A DNA stretch of 64,000 nucleotides, taken from NCBI GenBank assembly GCA_008668795.1, contig RQBM01000202.1:6810-70809 (forward strand), given 5' to 3'. The stretch comes from Collinsella aerofaciens. GTDB lineage: Bacteria; Actinomycetota; Coriobacteriia; Coriobacteriales; Coriobacteriaceae. The notes beneath the pieces are model-generated. The model worked only from the letters and a program-made list of their open reading frames with translations, was not told the origin of the DNA and made no database searches. The position numbers and the translations under genes were made by a program. Shown here in pieces: positions 29,864 to 39,243 of the stretch. The stretch's first letter is position 1. The number at the start of each line of letters is the position of its first letter.

Positions 29864-29903
29864 CGAACAAACATTCGCATATCTAACTGCGCTTTGATAG
29901 AAT
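29864..29903 (+). promoter_or_regulatory. LexA-like box and extended -10 promoter of the small toxin gene
   Basis: CGAACaaacATTCG (29864-29877, 1 mismatch) over the -35 region; TGaTAGAAT (29895-29903). Confidence 0.6.
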
Positions 29904-29967
29904 TGATACTGTTGGCGGCAGTTCCATGTGCCGGGCAGCGCCCTCCATCTGATGGGAGGTGATGCCC

Positions 29968-30093
29968 ATGACCGATTTGATTGATTTCGTGAGACTTCTG
30001 ACCGCTTTGGTCTCGTTCTTCACGGCACTTGTCGGCCTTTCCGAGGCACTCAAGCAGCGTTCGAAGCGCAACAGAAGGGGTCGCCGCCGCTAA
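29968..30093 (+). CDS. putative type I toxin, 41-aa membrane peptide
   Basis: GGGAGGTGatgcccATG; MTDLIDFVRLLTALVSFFTALVGLSEALKQRSKRNRRGRRR: hydrophobic helix plus basic tail; below the ORF-track cutoff. Confidence 0.75.
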   Translation: MTDLIDFVRLLTALVSFFTALVGLSEALKQRSKRNRRGRRR

Positions 30094-30155
30094 GGCGTTG
30101 ACCCCCTAATGCAAACAACGGCGCTGCCCAGCTTTCCAGAACTTGGGCTGCCGTC
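30070..30155 (-). ncRNA. putative antisense antitoxin RNA (convergent, overlapping toxin 3' end)
   Basis: minus-strand promoter TTGTTC-N17-TAGAAT (30190-30162); hairpin ggggtcaacgcc/ggcggcgacccc then ttctgtt; boundaries approximate. Confidence 0.6.
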
Positions 30156-30247
30156 GACACTATTCTACCCACGAATGACATTTTGAACAATCGGCAATGC
30201 CGCTTCAAAAGCCAGGCACAACTGGCACAACCTAGGCGGTCGCTGAA

Positions 30248-30276
30248 TGTGACAAAGGGACAGCCCCTTTGTCACA
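30248..30276 (+). repeat. GGGACAG palindromic repeat, subfamily C (right copy)
   Basis: identical to 29812-29840. Confidence 0.95.
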
Positions 30277-30368
30277 TCCAAAATATTGCCTTTACGTGTT
30301 GATACACACGGTGTGCAATAATACTCGCACTGTGCAATAGCGCGCAGACTGAGTAACAAGGAGGACGC

Positions 30369-31079
30369 TTGTCCCAGCTCGAGAAATGTGATCGCCGGTC
30401 CCTTCGCTCGCAGCGTGCCCTACGCCAAGCACTTGCCAGCGAGCTTGCCGAAAGCGGCGACCTTTCGCACATTAATGTCGCGTCGCTCACCGAGCGCGCT
30501 GGCCTTACGCGCCGCACGTTCTATTCGCACTACCGCGATATTCCCGACTTTATCAATCAAATCGAGGACGGCTTGCTGGCCGAGATCCGCGAGCGCATTG
30601 AGCTCATCACCGCAGCTCAGTTGCCCGATCTCTATCACAACATCGATGAGCTCGAGCCGGCGCCCGGTTCGGTTGAGTTGCTGCGCTACCTTGCGGCCAA
30701 CCGCGATTTAATCGGATCGCTGCTGGGCCCGGGCGGCGACCAGGCTTTCATTAAGAAGATTATCGACACCGCGCGTGAGGCCGTGGTGCCTCGTGCACAG
30801 ACGGGCATTTTGGGCCTGGCGCTGGGCACGTTCTTTGACTACTACGTTACCTACGTCGTGAGCGCCGAGGTCGGCATGATTCAGCGCTGGTTTGAGCACG
30901 GCCTCACCGAATCGCCCGAGGCCATGGCACGCATTATGACGGTTATCGCCTTTGTGCGTCCCGGCGACCTATATGGTCAACCCATCGATATCAACGTGCC
31001 GGAATACGGCTTGAAGCTATTGAACCTGCAGCTCGAGGATACGGCCGACACCGCCGCAACCGTCGAGTCCAACAACTAA
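30369..31079 (+). CDS. TetR/AcrR family transcriptional regulator
   Basis: DRRSLRSQRAL, INVASLTERAGLTRRTFYSHYRDI HTH; TTG start after GGAGG. Confidence 0.9.
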   Translation: MSQLEKCDRRSLRSQRALRQALASELAESGDLSHINVASLTERAGLTRRTFYSHYRDIPDFINQIEDGLLAEIRERIELITAAQLPDLYHNIDELEPAPGSVELLRYLAANRDLIGSLLGPGGDQAFIKKIIDTAREAVVPRAQTGILGLALGTFFDYYVTYVVSAEVGMIQRWFEHGLTESPEAMARIMTVIAFVRPGDLYGQPIDINVPEYGLKLLNLQLEDTADTAATVESNN

Positions 31080-31090
31080 GAGGAGAGATA

Positions 31091-34000
31091 ATGAGCAAAC
31101 TCGTCGATGGCATCAAGGATCGCATGGTCGCTGCCGCACGCGAGGCCGCGCCCGCCGTGGTGGACGCCGCGCAGAAGGCCGCGACCGCGGCTGCCGAGAA
31201 AGTTGCCGAGGCAGTTGCCGATGCCAAGAACGCGGCAGGGGAGACGTCCGTCGCCAGCGAGCCCGCTACCGCTGCCGAGCCCGTAGCCGCCGCCCACGCC
31301 CCCGAAGGCGCGATCTTCAACCCCGAGAACGCTCGCGGCAACCTGCACCTGGGCATCGACGTGGGCTCCACCACCGTTAAACTTGCCGTGCTCAACGACG
31401 ACAACCAGATCGTCTACGCCAAGTACCAGCGCCACCACACCGACGTCCGTGCCTGCGCCCGCGACCTGTTCGAGGGCGCTGCGACCGTGCTGCCGACGGC
31501 CCAGATGACCTGCGCCATCACCGGCTCGGGCGGCCTTCTGCTGTCCCAGTGGCTCGACCTGGAGTTTGTCCAGGAGGTCATCGCCAGCAAGCGTGCCGTC
31601 GAGACCCTCATCCCGGCCACCGATGTCGCCATCGAGCTGGGCGGCGAGGATGCCAAGATCATCTACTTCGATAGCGGCATCGAGCAGCGCATGAACGGCA
31701 CCTGCGCCGGCGGCACGGGTGCGTTCATCGACCAGATGGCAACCCTGCTCCACACCGACGCCAGCGGCCTCAACGAGCTCGCGGCCAACGCCACCACCAT
31801 CTATCCCATCGCCAGCCGCTGCGGCGTTTTTGCCAAGACCGACGTGCAGCCGCTGCTCAACGAGGGCGCCCGCCCCGAGGACGTGGCCGCCTCCATCTTC
31901 CAGGCTGTCGTGACCCAGACCATCTCGGGCCTGGCGTGCGGCCGTCCCATCCGCGGCAACGTCGCCTTCCTGGGCGGCCCGCTGCAGTATCTCTCCGAGC
32001 TGCGCCACCGCTTCTACCTCACGCTCAATCTGGACGAGGAGCACCGTATCGTGCCCCAAAACGCTCACCTGTTTGTGGCGAGCGGCGCCGCCATGGCGCA
32101 CGAGTCCAACAAGCTCAGCACGTTCCCGCAGCTCATCGGGGCCATCGATGCCCTGGGTGACACGCAGGGTGCCGAGGTCGAGCTTCTGGATCCGCTCTTT
32201 GCCACCGACGAGGACTTTGCCGAGTTCAAGACCCGCCACGACACCGAGGTCGTCCCCAAGGGCAAGCTCGAAGGCTACACCGGACGCGTGTTCATCGGCA
32301 TCGACGCCGGCTCCACCACCATGAAGGCCGCGCTCGTGGGCGAGGACGGTCAGCTGCTGCACACCTGGTACGGCAACAACAACGGCGACATCCTAGGCAC
32401 GGCCAAGGTCATCATGGCCGATTTCTACAACCACATCCCCGCGGGCTGCACCATCGGCCACGTGACCACCACGGGCTACGGTGAGGCGCTGCTCATCGAG
32501 GCCCTCAAGGCCGATTCCGGCGAGATCGAGACCGTCGCGCACCTGCGCGGCGCCAAGGCGTTCCTGCCCGGCGTCGAGTTCATTCTGGACATTGGCGGCC
32601 AGGACATGAAGTGCCTGCGCGTCAAGGACGGCGTCATCGAGCACATCATGCTCAACGAGGCCTGCTCGTCGGGTTGCGGTAGCTTTATCGAGAGCTTCGC
32701 CGTCTCTATGAACATGGACGTGCGCGCGTTCGCCAACGCCGCCATCCATGCCAAAGCCCCGGTCGACCTGGGAAGTCGCTGCACGGTCTTTATGAACTCG
32801 CGCGTCAAGCAGGCGCAAAAGGAAGGCGCCACGGTGGGCGACATCGCCGCCGGCCTGTCCTATTCCGTCATCAAGAATGCCCTGTTCAAGGTCATTAAGC
32901 TGCGCGATCCCAAGGAGATCGGCAGCCAGGTAATCGTCCAGGGCGGCACCTTTATGTCCGATGCCACGCTGCGCGCGTTTGAGCAGCTCACCGGCGTTCA
33001 TGCCGTGCGTCCCGACATCGCCGGCTGCATGGGCGCCTACGGTGCGGCCCTGCTCGCCCGCGATCGCGCCGGCGCCGACGGCACCTCGACCATTCTTTCG
33101 GCTGAGGACATCGCGCACCTCACCGTGACGCAAAAGCATGTCCGCTGCGGCCGTTGCTCCAACAACTGCCAGCTTACCGTCAACGACTTTGGCGGCGGTA
33201 GGCGCTTCATTACCGGCAACCGCTGCGAGAAGGGCGCCGGCCACAAAAAGCAGAAGACTGAGGCCCCCAACCTCTTCAAAAAGAAAAACGAGCTGCTCTT
33301 TGACCGCGAGGTCCTGAGCCCCGACGAGGCCCCGCGCGGCACCGTGGGTATCCCGCGCGCACTCAACATGTACGAGAACTACCCCTTCTGGCATGCGTTC
33401 TTTACGCGCCTGGGCTTTAGCGTGCAGCTGTCCGACCAGTCGAGCAAAAAGACCTACCAGGCGGGCATCGAGTCCATGCCGTCCGAGAGCGTGTGCTATC
33501 CGGCCAAGATGAGCCACGGCCACGTGATGAACCTCATTGACCGTGACGTCGACTTTATCTGGATGCCGTGCGTGCGCTGGGAGCGCAAGGAGGATCCGAC
33601 CGCCGGCAACTGCTATAACTGCCCCATCGTCATGAGCTACCCCACGGCGCTGGCGCTCAACATCGACGAGATCCGTGAGCAGAACATCGAGTTCCTGTAC
33701 CCGTTTGTGCCCTATCACGACAAGACCGAGCTCAAGCGCCGTCTATACCAGGTGCTCGCCGTCGACCGTGTGGCCGATGCTGAGGCCGGTCGCGGTCGCG
33801 TGCGCGGTCCCAAGATCACGCGCTCTGAGGTCGATGCCGCCGTCAACGCCGCCTACGAGGCCGACGCGCGTTTTCACGAGGACATCCAGACCATGGGCGA
33901 GGAGGCCCTTAAGTGGGTCGAGGACCACGGCGGCCACGGCATCGTACTCGCCGGTCGTCCCTACCATAACGACCCCGAGATCAACCATGCCCTGCCCGAG

Positions 34001-35872
34001 CTTATCTCGAGCTTTGGCTTTGCGGTCTTTACCGAGGATTCGCTCGCGCATCTGGTGAAGCCCGAGCGTCCGATTCGCGTCGTCGATCAGTGGATGTATC
34101 ACAGCCGCCTGTACGCCGTCGCCCGTTTTGTGACGATGCGCAACGACCTGGACCTGATCCAGCTCAATTCCTTCGGCTGCGGCCTGGACGCTCTGACCAC
34201 TGATCAGGTGCAGGAGATCCTGGAGGCCAGCGGCAAGATTTACACCGTGCTCAAGATTGACGAGGTGTCCAACTTGGGCGCCGCGCGTATCCGTATTCGC
34301 TCGCTCATGGCGGCGCTCAAGGACCAGGAGGCCGAGCGCTTGGCCGAGGCTACGGCCGCGGGCGAGACTTACGAGCAGGGCGATGCCGCGCCGGTGGCGC
34401 CCTCCACGGATGCCCCCGCGTTCGCGAGCCGTAAGTACACGTTCGAGGCGCAGCGCGAGAGTGCTTCGACCGCGTGGCCCAAGGTGCCCTTTACCGAGCA
34501 GATGCGCGAGGAGGGCTACACCATCCTGTGCCCGCAGATGGCGCCGATCCACTTTGACCTGGTCAAAGAGGTGTTCCGTGGTGCTGGCTACAACTTGGAG
34601 CTGCTGCCCTCGACCGATCACGATGCCGTCGAGGCCGGCCTGCGCTACGTGAACAACGACATCTGCTATCCGTCGATCCTGGTGACGGGCCAGATCATGG
34701 AGGCCATCGAGAGCGGTCGATACGACCTGTCCAAGACAGCCGTGGTTATCAGCCAGACCGGCGGCGGCTGCCGTGCCACCAACTACATCGCACTCATCCG
34801 CAAGGCCCTGCGCGAGAGCGGCCACCCCGAGATCCCGGTGATCTCGCTTTCGGCCGTGGCGCTGGGCGAGGACAACCCTGGCTTTAAGATTACGCCGGCG
34901 CTGCTTAAGCAGGCAGTCTACGCGGTGCTCTTTGGCGACGTGATGATGCAGATGCTCTATCGCTGCCGCCCGTACGAGGCTACGCCCGGTGCCGCCAACG
35001 CGCTCTACGAGGAGTACATGGCGCGCGCTCGCAAGCTGGCGCCCAAGTTTAACCGCCACAACTACACCAAGCTGTGCCGCGAGGCCATCCGCGCGTTCGA
35101 CACCATGCCGCTCGTGGGCGAGGGTACCAAGCCGCGCGTGGGCGTGGTCGGCGAGATCCTGGTCAAGTTCCATCCCACAGCCAACAACCACGTGGTCGAT
35201 GTCATCGAGCGCGAGGGCTGCGAGGCCGTGGTGCCGGGTCTGCTCGACTTTTTCCTGTACTCCATGAGCAACGCCGAGCTGCAGAAGGACGAGTTGGGAA
35301 GCTCCGCTACCACGCGCGCTGGTATGCAGGCGCTCATCAAGCTCGTGGACTGGATGCGCACGCCGGTGGAGGAGATGCTCGAGAAGTCCCGCCGCTTCGA
35401 GGCGCCCGAGCGCATCGGCACCATGGCCGACAAGGCCCGCACGGTGCTTTCGGTGTGCAACAACATGGGCGAGGGCTGGCTGCTCACGGCTGAGATGCTC
35501 GATCTGATTGACCACGGTGCGCCCAACATCATCTGCACGCAGCCCTTCGCGTGCCTGCCCAATCACGTGGTGGGCAAGGCCGTGATTAAGGAGCTGCGCC
35601 GCCAGCATCCCGAGAGCAACATCGTTGCGGTGGACTATGATCCTGGTGCGTCCGAGGTCAACCAGCTCAACCGTATTAAGCTCATGATCAGCGTGGCCAA
35701 GGAAAACATGCGCGCCGGCAAGGGCTTTAAGCTTGAGAAGGTGGCGCCGCTCGCGATGGACGAGGTCACCGGCCAGATGCGTGCCCACGACGGCTGCGTG
35801 AGCTGCGGTTCGGTCGATGAGAGCGCCGTGGCGTCGGTCGCTGAGCGCCTGGGACGCGGCATTAAGAAGTAG
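31091..35872 (+). CDS. fused acyl-CoA dehydratase activase (2x BadF/BadG/BcrA/BcrD ATPase + DUF2229 + dehydratase-like C-terminus)
   Basis: GIDVGSTT and GIDAGSTT, MNGTCAGGTG, NEACSSGCGS, CGRCSNNC, SFGCGLD, QPFACLPNH. Confidence 0.9.
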   Translation: MSKLVDGIKDRMVAAAREAAPAVVDAAQKAATAAAEKVAEAVADAKNAAGETSVASEPATAAEPVAAAHAPEGAIFNPENARGNLHLGIDVGSTTVKLAVLNDDNQIVYAKYQRHHTDVRACARDLFEGAATVLPTAQMTCAITGSGGLLLSQWLDLEFVQEVIASKRAVETLIPATDVAIELGGEDAKIIYFDSGIEQRMNGTCAGGTGAFIDQMATLLHTDASGLNELAANATTIYPIASRCGVFAKTDVQPLLNEGARPEDVAASIFQAVVTQTISGLACGRPIRGNVAFLGGPLQYLSELRHRFYLTLNLDEEHRIVPQNAHLFVASGAAMAHESNKLSTFPQLIGAIDALGDTQGAEVELLDPLFATDEDFAEFKTRHDTEVVPKGKLEGYTGRVFIGIDAGSTTMKAALVGEDGQLLHTWYGNNNGDILGTAKVIMADFYNHIPAGCTIGHVTTTGYGEALLIEALKADSGEIETVAHLRGAKAFLPGVEFILDIGGQDMKCLRVKDGVIEHIMLNEACSSGCGSFIESFAVSMNMDVRAFANAAIHAKAPVDLGSRCTVFMNSRVKQAQKEGATVGDIAAGLSYSVIKNALFKVIKLRDPKEIGSQVIVQGGTFMSDATLRAFEQLTGVHAVRPDIAGCMGAYGAALLARDRAGADGTSTILSAEDIAHLTVTQKHVRCGRCSNNCQLTVNDFGGGRRFITGNRCEKGAGHKKQKTEAPNLFKKKNELLFDREVLSPDEAPRGTVGIPRALNMYENYPFWHAFFTRLGFSVQLSDQSSKKTYQAGIESMPSESVCYPAKMSHGHVMNLIDRDVDFIWMPCVRWERKEDPTAGNCYNCPIVMSYPTALALNIDEIREQNIEFLYPFVPYHDKTELKRRLYQVLAVDRVADAEAGRGRVRGPKITRSEVDAAVNAAYEADARFHEDIQTMGEEALKWVEDHGGHGIVLAGRPYHNDPEINHALPELISSFGFAVFTEDSLAHLVKPERPIRVVDQWMYHSRLYAVARFVTMRNDLDLIQLNSFGCGLDALTTDQVQEILEASGKIYTVLKIDEVSNLGAARIRIRSLMAALKDQEAERLAEATAAGETYEQGDAAPVAPSTDAPAFASRKYTFEAQRESASTAWPKVPFTEQMREEGYTILCPQMAPIHFDLVKEVFRGAGYNLELLPSTDHDAVEAGLRYVNNDICYPSILVTGQIMEAIESGRYDLSKTAVVISQTGGGCRATNYIALIRKALRESGHPEIPVISLSAVALGEDNPGFKITPALLKQAVYAVLFGDVMMQMLYRCRPYEATPGAANALYEEYMARARKLAPKFNRHNYTKLCREAIRAFDTMPLVGEGTKPRVGVVGEILVKFHPTANNHVVDVIEREGCEAVVPGLLDFFLYSMSNAELQKDELGSSATTRAGMQALIKLVDWMRTPVEEMLEKSRRFEAPERIGTMADKARTVLSVCNNMGEGWLLTAEMLDLIDHGAPNIICTQPFACLPNHVVGKAVIKELRRQHPESNIVAVDYDPGASEVNQLNRIKLMISVAKENMRAGKGFKLEKVAPLAMDEVTGQMRAHDGCVSCGSVDESAVASVAERLGRGIKK

Positions 35873-35900
35873 CTGGCCTGCTATGGGCTGGATATGAGAC

Positions 35901-35937
35901 AAACGGGTGGTGGCCGTACCGGCTACCACCCGTTTTT
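35901..35937 (+). terminator. intrinsic terminator
   Basis: aaacgggtggtggcc...ggctaccacccgttttt. Confidence 0.8.
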
Positions 35938-35993
35938 GCTTGGACATATGTTGCGTAAACGCCCCGACTATCACCCTTTGCGAACTCAGATTT

Positions 35994-36118
35994 CGGAAGT
36001 ATGCGGCAAAATCTGAATAGACCGAGCACACCGAATATGTCCAAGCCCTGTACCTGCGGTTTTATTGGCGGAAAATCGGGGGGTGCTCAAGGGTTCCGGA
36101 ATTTGCCGCATACTTCCG
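35994..36118. repeat. inverted-repeat element with apical CCTGCGGTTTT
   Basis: perfect 17-bp arms cggaagtatgcggcaaa / tttgccgcatacttccg. Confidence 0.7.
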
Positions 36119-36290
36119 CAAACGACGTCTCGGTGGCACAAAAAATCGCCCTCGGAACCCTGAGATAATGAACAGATGTAGCCGTTCGCCGCAAATTACC
36201 GTCCGTTTATAGAACCCACCCCCAGTGTGCAGCCCTCTTACGGTTGAATAAATACACATCTATGGAATTACGTAAGAGAGGACTGTTCCT

Positions 36291-37250
36291 ATGAGCTACA
36301 AGACCGTTTGCGTTGCCGGCGGCGGCGTGCTGGGAAGCCAGATTGCCTTTCAGGCTGCCTACTGCGGCTTCGATGTAACGATTTGGCTGCGCAGCGAGGG
36401 CAGCATCGGCCGCACCCAGCCCAAGATCGATCATGTGCGCGAGGAGTACATCGCGGCAATCGAGGGTATGGCGGACGGCACGGGCGAGTGGTGCTCCGGT
36501 ATCGCCGATAGCGGCAAGCCCTTCGACAAAGAGGCGGCACTCGCCGCCGTTGAGCGCGCCTACTCCACACTCAAGCTGGAGCTCGATCTTGCCAAGGCAG
36601 TGGCCGACGCCGATTTGGTCATCGAGTCTATGGCTGAGGATACCCAGGCAAAGATTGACTTCTACAAGAAGCTCGCCCCGGTCCTTCCGCAAAAGACCGT
36701 CGTCGTGACCAACTCCTCCACGTTACTGCCGAGTACCTTTGCCAAGTACACTGGCCGCCCCGAGAAGTACCTGTCGCTGCACTTTGCCAACTCTATCTGG
36801 AAGAACAACATGACCGAGGTCATGGCACAGGACCAGACCGACAAGCGCTACTTCGATGAACTCGTCGACTTTGCCAACGACATCCGTATGCTGGCGTTGC
36901 CCGTCAACAAGGAAAAGAACGGTTATCTGCTCAACTCCATGTTGGTACCGTGGCTGCTTTCGGGCCTTGATCTGTACGTCTCGGGCGTGAGCGATCCCAA
37001 GAGCATCGACCTCGCGTGGACGCGTGGCACCGGCGCTCCCAAGGGCCCGTTCCGCGTATTCGACACGGTGGGTATCCAGACGGCCTACAACATCGTCATG
37101 CAGTATCAGAAGGTGCCGGGCCTGGTGAGCCCGCTGCTCAAGAAGATGATGATGCCCTACAACTTTAAGGCCATGGCCTCCGTTCTCAAGAAAATGCTCG
37201 ACGAAGGCAAGCTGGGCGAAAGCTCGGGCGAGGGCTTCTTCAAGTACTAA
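36291..37250 (+). CDS. 3-hydroxyacyl-CoA dehydrogenase
   Basis: GGGVLGSQIA, VIESMAE, TNSST, LHFAN, GYLLNSML, GPFRVFDTVG, GEGFFKY. Confidence 0.92.
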   Translation: MSYKTVCVAGGGVLGSQIAFQAAYCGFDVTIWLRSEGSIGRTQPKIDHVREEYIAAIEGMADGTGEWCSGIADSGKPFDKEAALAAVERAYSTLKLELDLAKAVADADLVIESMAEDTQAKIDFYKKLAPVLPQKTVVVTNSSTLLPSTFAKYTGRPEKYLSLHFANSIWKNNMTEVMAQDQTDKRYFDELVDFANDIRMLALPVNKEKNGYLLNSMLVPWLLSGLDLYVSGVSDPKSIDLAWTRGTGAPKGPFRVFDTVGIQTAYNIVMQYQKVPGLVSPLLKKMMMPYNFKAMASVLKKMLDEGKLGESSGEGFFKY

Positions 37251-37336
37251 GAACGATCCCTCGGGGTCGGAGGAAAACGGATCATTTTCGGCCGCCAGCA
37301 GTGAGAAGATGGACCCAGAAATAGAAAGGAGTGGCA

Positions 37337-37808
37337 ATGGGCTGGCTCGGGCTTTGAAGACAAGTTATTGCAGGCCCAGGGCGATTTTTCGCTCAATGCA
37401 GGCCAGCACAGCGTGACGTATCTGCCGAGTTCTGACACGGCAGCGACTGGTCGCTACCAGGTGCTGCTATACGACAACAACTTTGGTGCGACCGAGCGCT
37501 ATCCCAAGTTCGACTGGGGCCAGCTGGGCGCCGCGGTGGCGACCGACTACAGCAAGGGAACGCATTCGTTTGGGCGCATCTTTACGGTGGACGAGACCGT
37601 GCGCACCTACGAGCTTGTGGACCAGATCGCCGTGCCGTTCTCGGGCTATGCGAGCAGTGCGCAGCGCGTCGGCGATTCGAATAGCATGCTCGTGGCATCG
37701 GGCAAGGCCAAGACTTTTGCCGAGTACGATCGCTATGGACTGCCCATCGCCACCTACGAGATGGAAGCCGAGAAGTACATCTACCGCGTGTACAAGTACG
37801 AGCTGTAG
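37337..37808 (+). pseudogene. arylsulfate sulfotransferase-like C-terminal fragment
   Basis: WAGSGFEDKLL..GDFSLNAGQHS, YDNNFG, FSGYASSAQ, YIYRVYKY; upstream AGAAAGGAG + ATG (37337) is out of frame. Confidence 0.65.
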
Positions 37809-37877
37809 CGCTGCGCTTGGCTGCGTCTGTGCCCCGTGGCTGCGCGCGCTCGCGCCGGGCCCGCCTCGCGTCCCGCA

Positions 37878-39017
37878 TCACTTCACATCGAACTCAACGC
37901 GATCGAGCTCGGGCACGTTGAGGTCGATGAGCTTGCGGGCGACGTGGCGGTCGTGTGCCCCAAGCGCCTCGCTTGTCGTCACATGGGCGACAATCTCGCG
38001 CTCGACGATGCCCTCCTCGTCGCCTTCGGTGGCCGAGGTCTCGACGGCGACGGTGTAATCCTTAAAGCCCGGCAGCACCGCGGCAAGCTCGCGCGTGGTC
38101 TCGGTGACGCCGTAGCCGTCCTGCACGCCGGCCTGCGCCGAGCCAATGGAGCCAGCCGTCATAACGATGCAGGGGATGGCAAAGATCACCGTGCCCACAA
38201 TGATGCGGCGGCGCACTTTGAGTGACAGCTCGTTGACCTCGGCATTTTCCTCGGCGGTCACAATGCCGTCGCCGTTGAGGTCGCGCTTGAGCGGCACGCG
38301 CAAAAGAAGCAGAACGGCTTCGGCAGCCAGTGCGATAAAGACCACGTTGATGCCAAACTCGTAGAGCGCCGAGAGAAACAGCGACCCGCTTGCGATGGCG
38401 ATGCCATAGCCCGCCGCGCACAGGGGCGGCATGAGCGCGGTCGCCACGGCCACGCCGGCGATGAGCGTGGCGGGTTCCTGGTCGCGCGAGTTGCCCAGGC
38501 CACCCGCAAAGCCGCCGGCGAGCGCGACGGCAAGGTCCCATACGGTGGGCGTCGAGTTGTCGATAATGGCGGCCGTGGTGGTGCCAAGGGGCGAGAGCTT
38601 AAAGTACAACGTGGATGTGACCAGGCAAAAGGCCGTCTGTAGAGCCAAGCCCGCGACGGCCTCGACGGTAATCTCACGGTCGAGCGTGGCGATGCCGTAT
38701 GCCATGGCAAGGACCGAGCCCATGAGCGGGCAGATGAGCATGGCGCCCACGATGGCAATGTCCGAGTCGATATCGAGGCCGATGCTCGCGATGAGCATGG
38801 CGATGATGAGGATGCATAGGTGGGAGCCAGTCAGACGCGCTCCGTTTACAAAACGCTTGCGGATCACGTGATAGGGCGCGCGTCCCTCGCGAATGTTGAA
38901 TGCGCGCTTGAGGAAGCGGGTGGCGTTCTCCATGGCCTCGCTATGAGCAGGGCGGATGCCGTGGCGCCGGTGATGGCGTTCGCGTAGTCGCTTGATCTGT
39001 TGTTTGTCGAGTTCCAT
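37878..39017 (-). CDS. DUF389 family membrane protein
   Basis: IASIGL, IVGAMLICPLMG, IAGVAVATALMPPLCAAGYG; start after GAGGTG. Confidence 0.88.
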   Translation of the reverse strand: MELDKQQIKRLRERHHRRHGIRPAHSEAMENATRFLKRAFNIREGRAPYHVIRKRFVNGARLTGSHLCILIIAMLIASIGLDIDSDIAIVGAMLICPLMGSVLAMAYGIATLDREITVEAVAGLALQTAFCLVTSTLYFKLSPLGTTTAAIIDNSTPTVWDLAVALAGGFAGGLGNSRDQEPATLIAGVAVATALMPPLCAAGYGIAIASGSLFLSALYEFGINVVFIALAAEAVLLLLRVPLKRDLNGDGIVTAEENAEVNELSLKVRRRIIVGTVIFAIPCIVMTAGSIGSAQAGVQDGYGVTETTRELAAVLPGFKDYTVAVETSATEGDEEGIVEREIVAHVTTSEALGAHDRHVARKLIDLNVPELDRVEFDVK

Positions 39018-39243
39018 GTCCACCTCGTTCCAGCGCGGTCCGCGCAACGCGCCCGTTGTCCTAACTCTACACCGTGGCGGGCGGGGTGTCTGTTGGATGC
39101 GGAATCCGATAGGGCGGATGACGCGGGAGCAAATGCAAATCACAGGCTCAATTCCATCACGCGAAAATATGATGCACCAGCTCCTTCAAATGTGACGAAA
39201 TTGTGAAGCACAGGAGCATGAATTTCAAAAATTCGCTGGTCGC

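Noticed and set aside
29883..30071. 62-aa minus-strand ORF in the TA spacer
   Set aside because: No RBS; the + strand 41-aa ORF has the SD, promoter and toxin-like composition
33743..36031. Long antisense ORFs (e.g. 33743-36031, 41004-42632, 61322-62977, 31076-32362)
   Set aside because: Shadow frames of GC-rich genes with clear homology on the other strand; no motifs of their own
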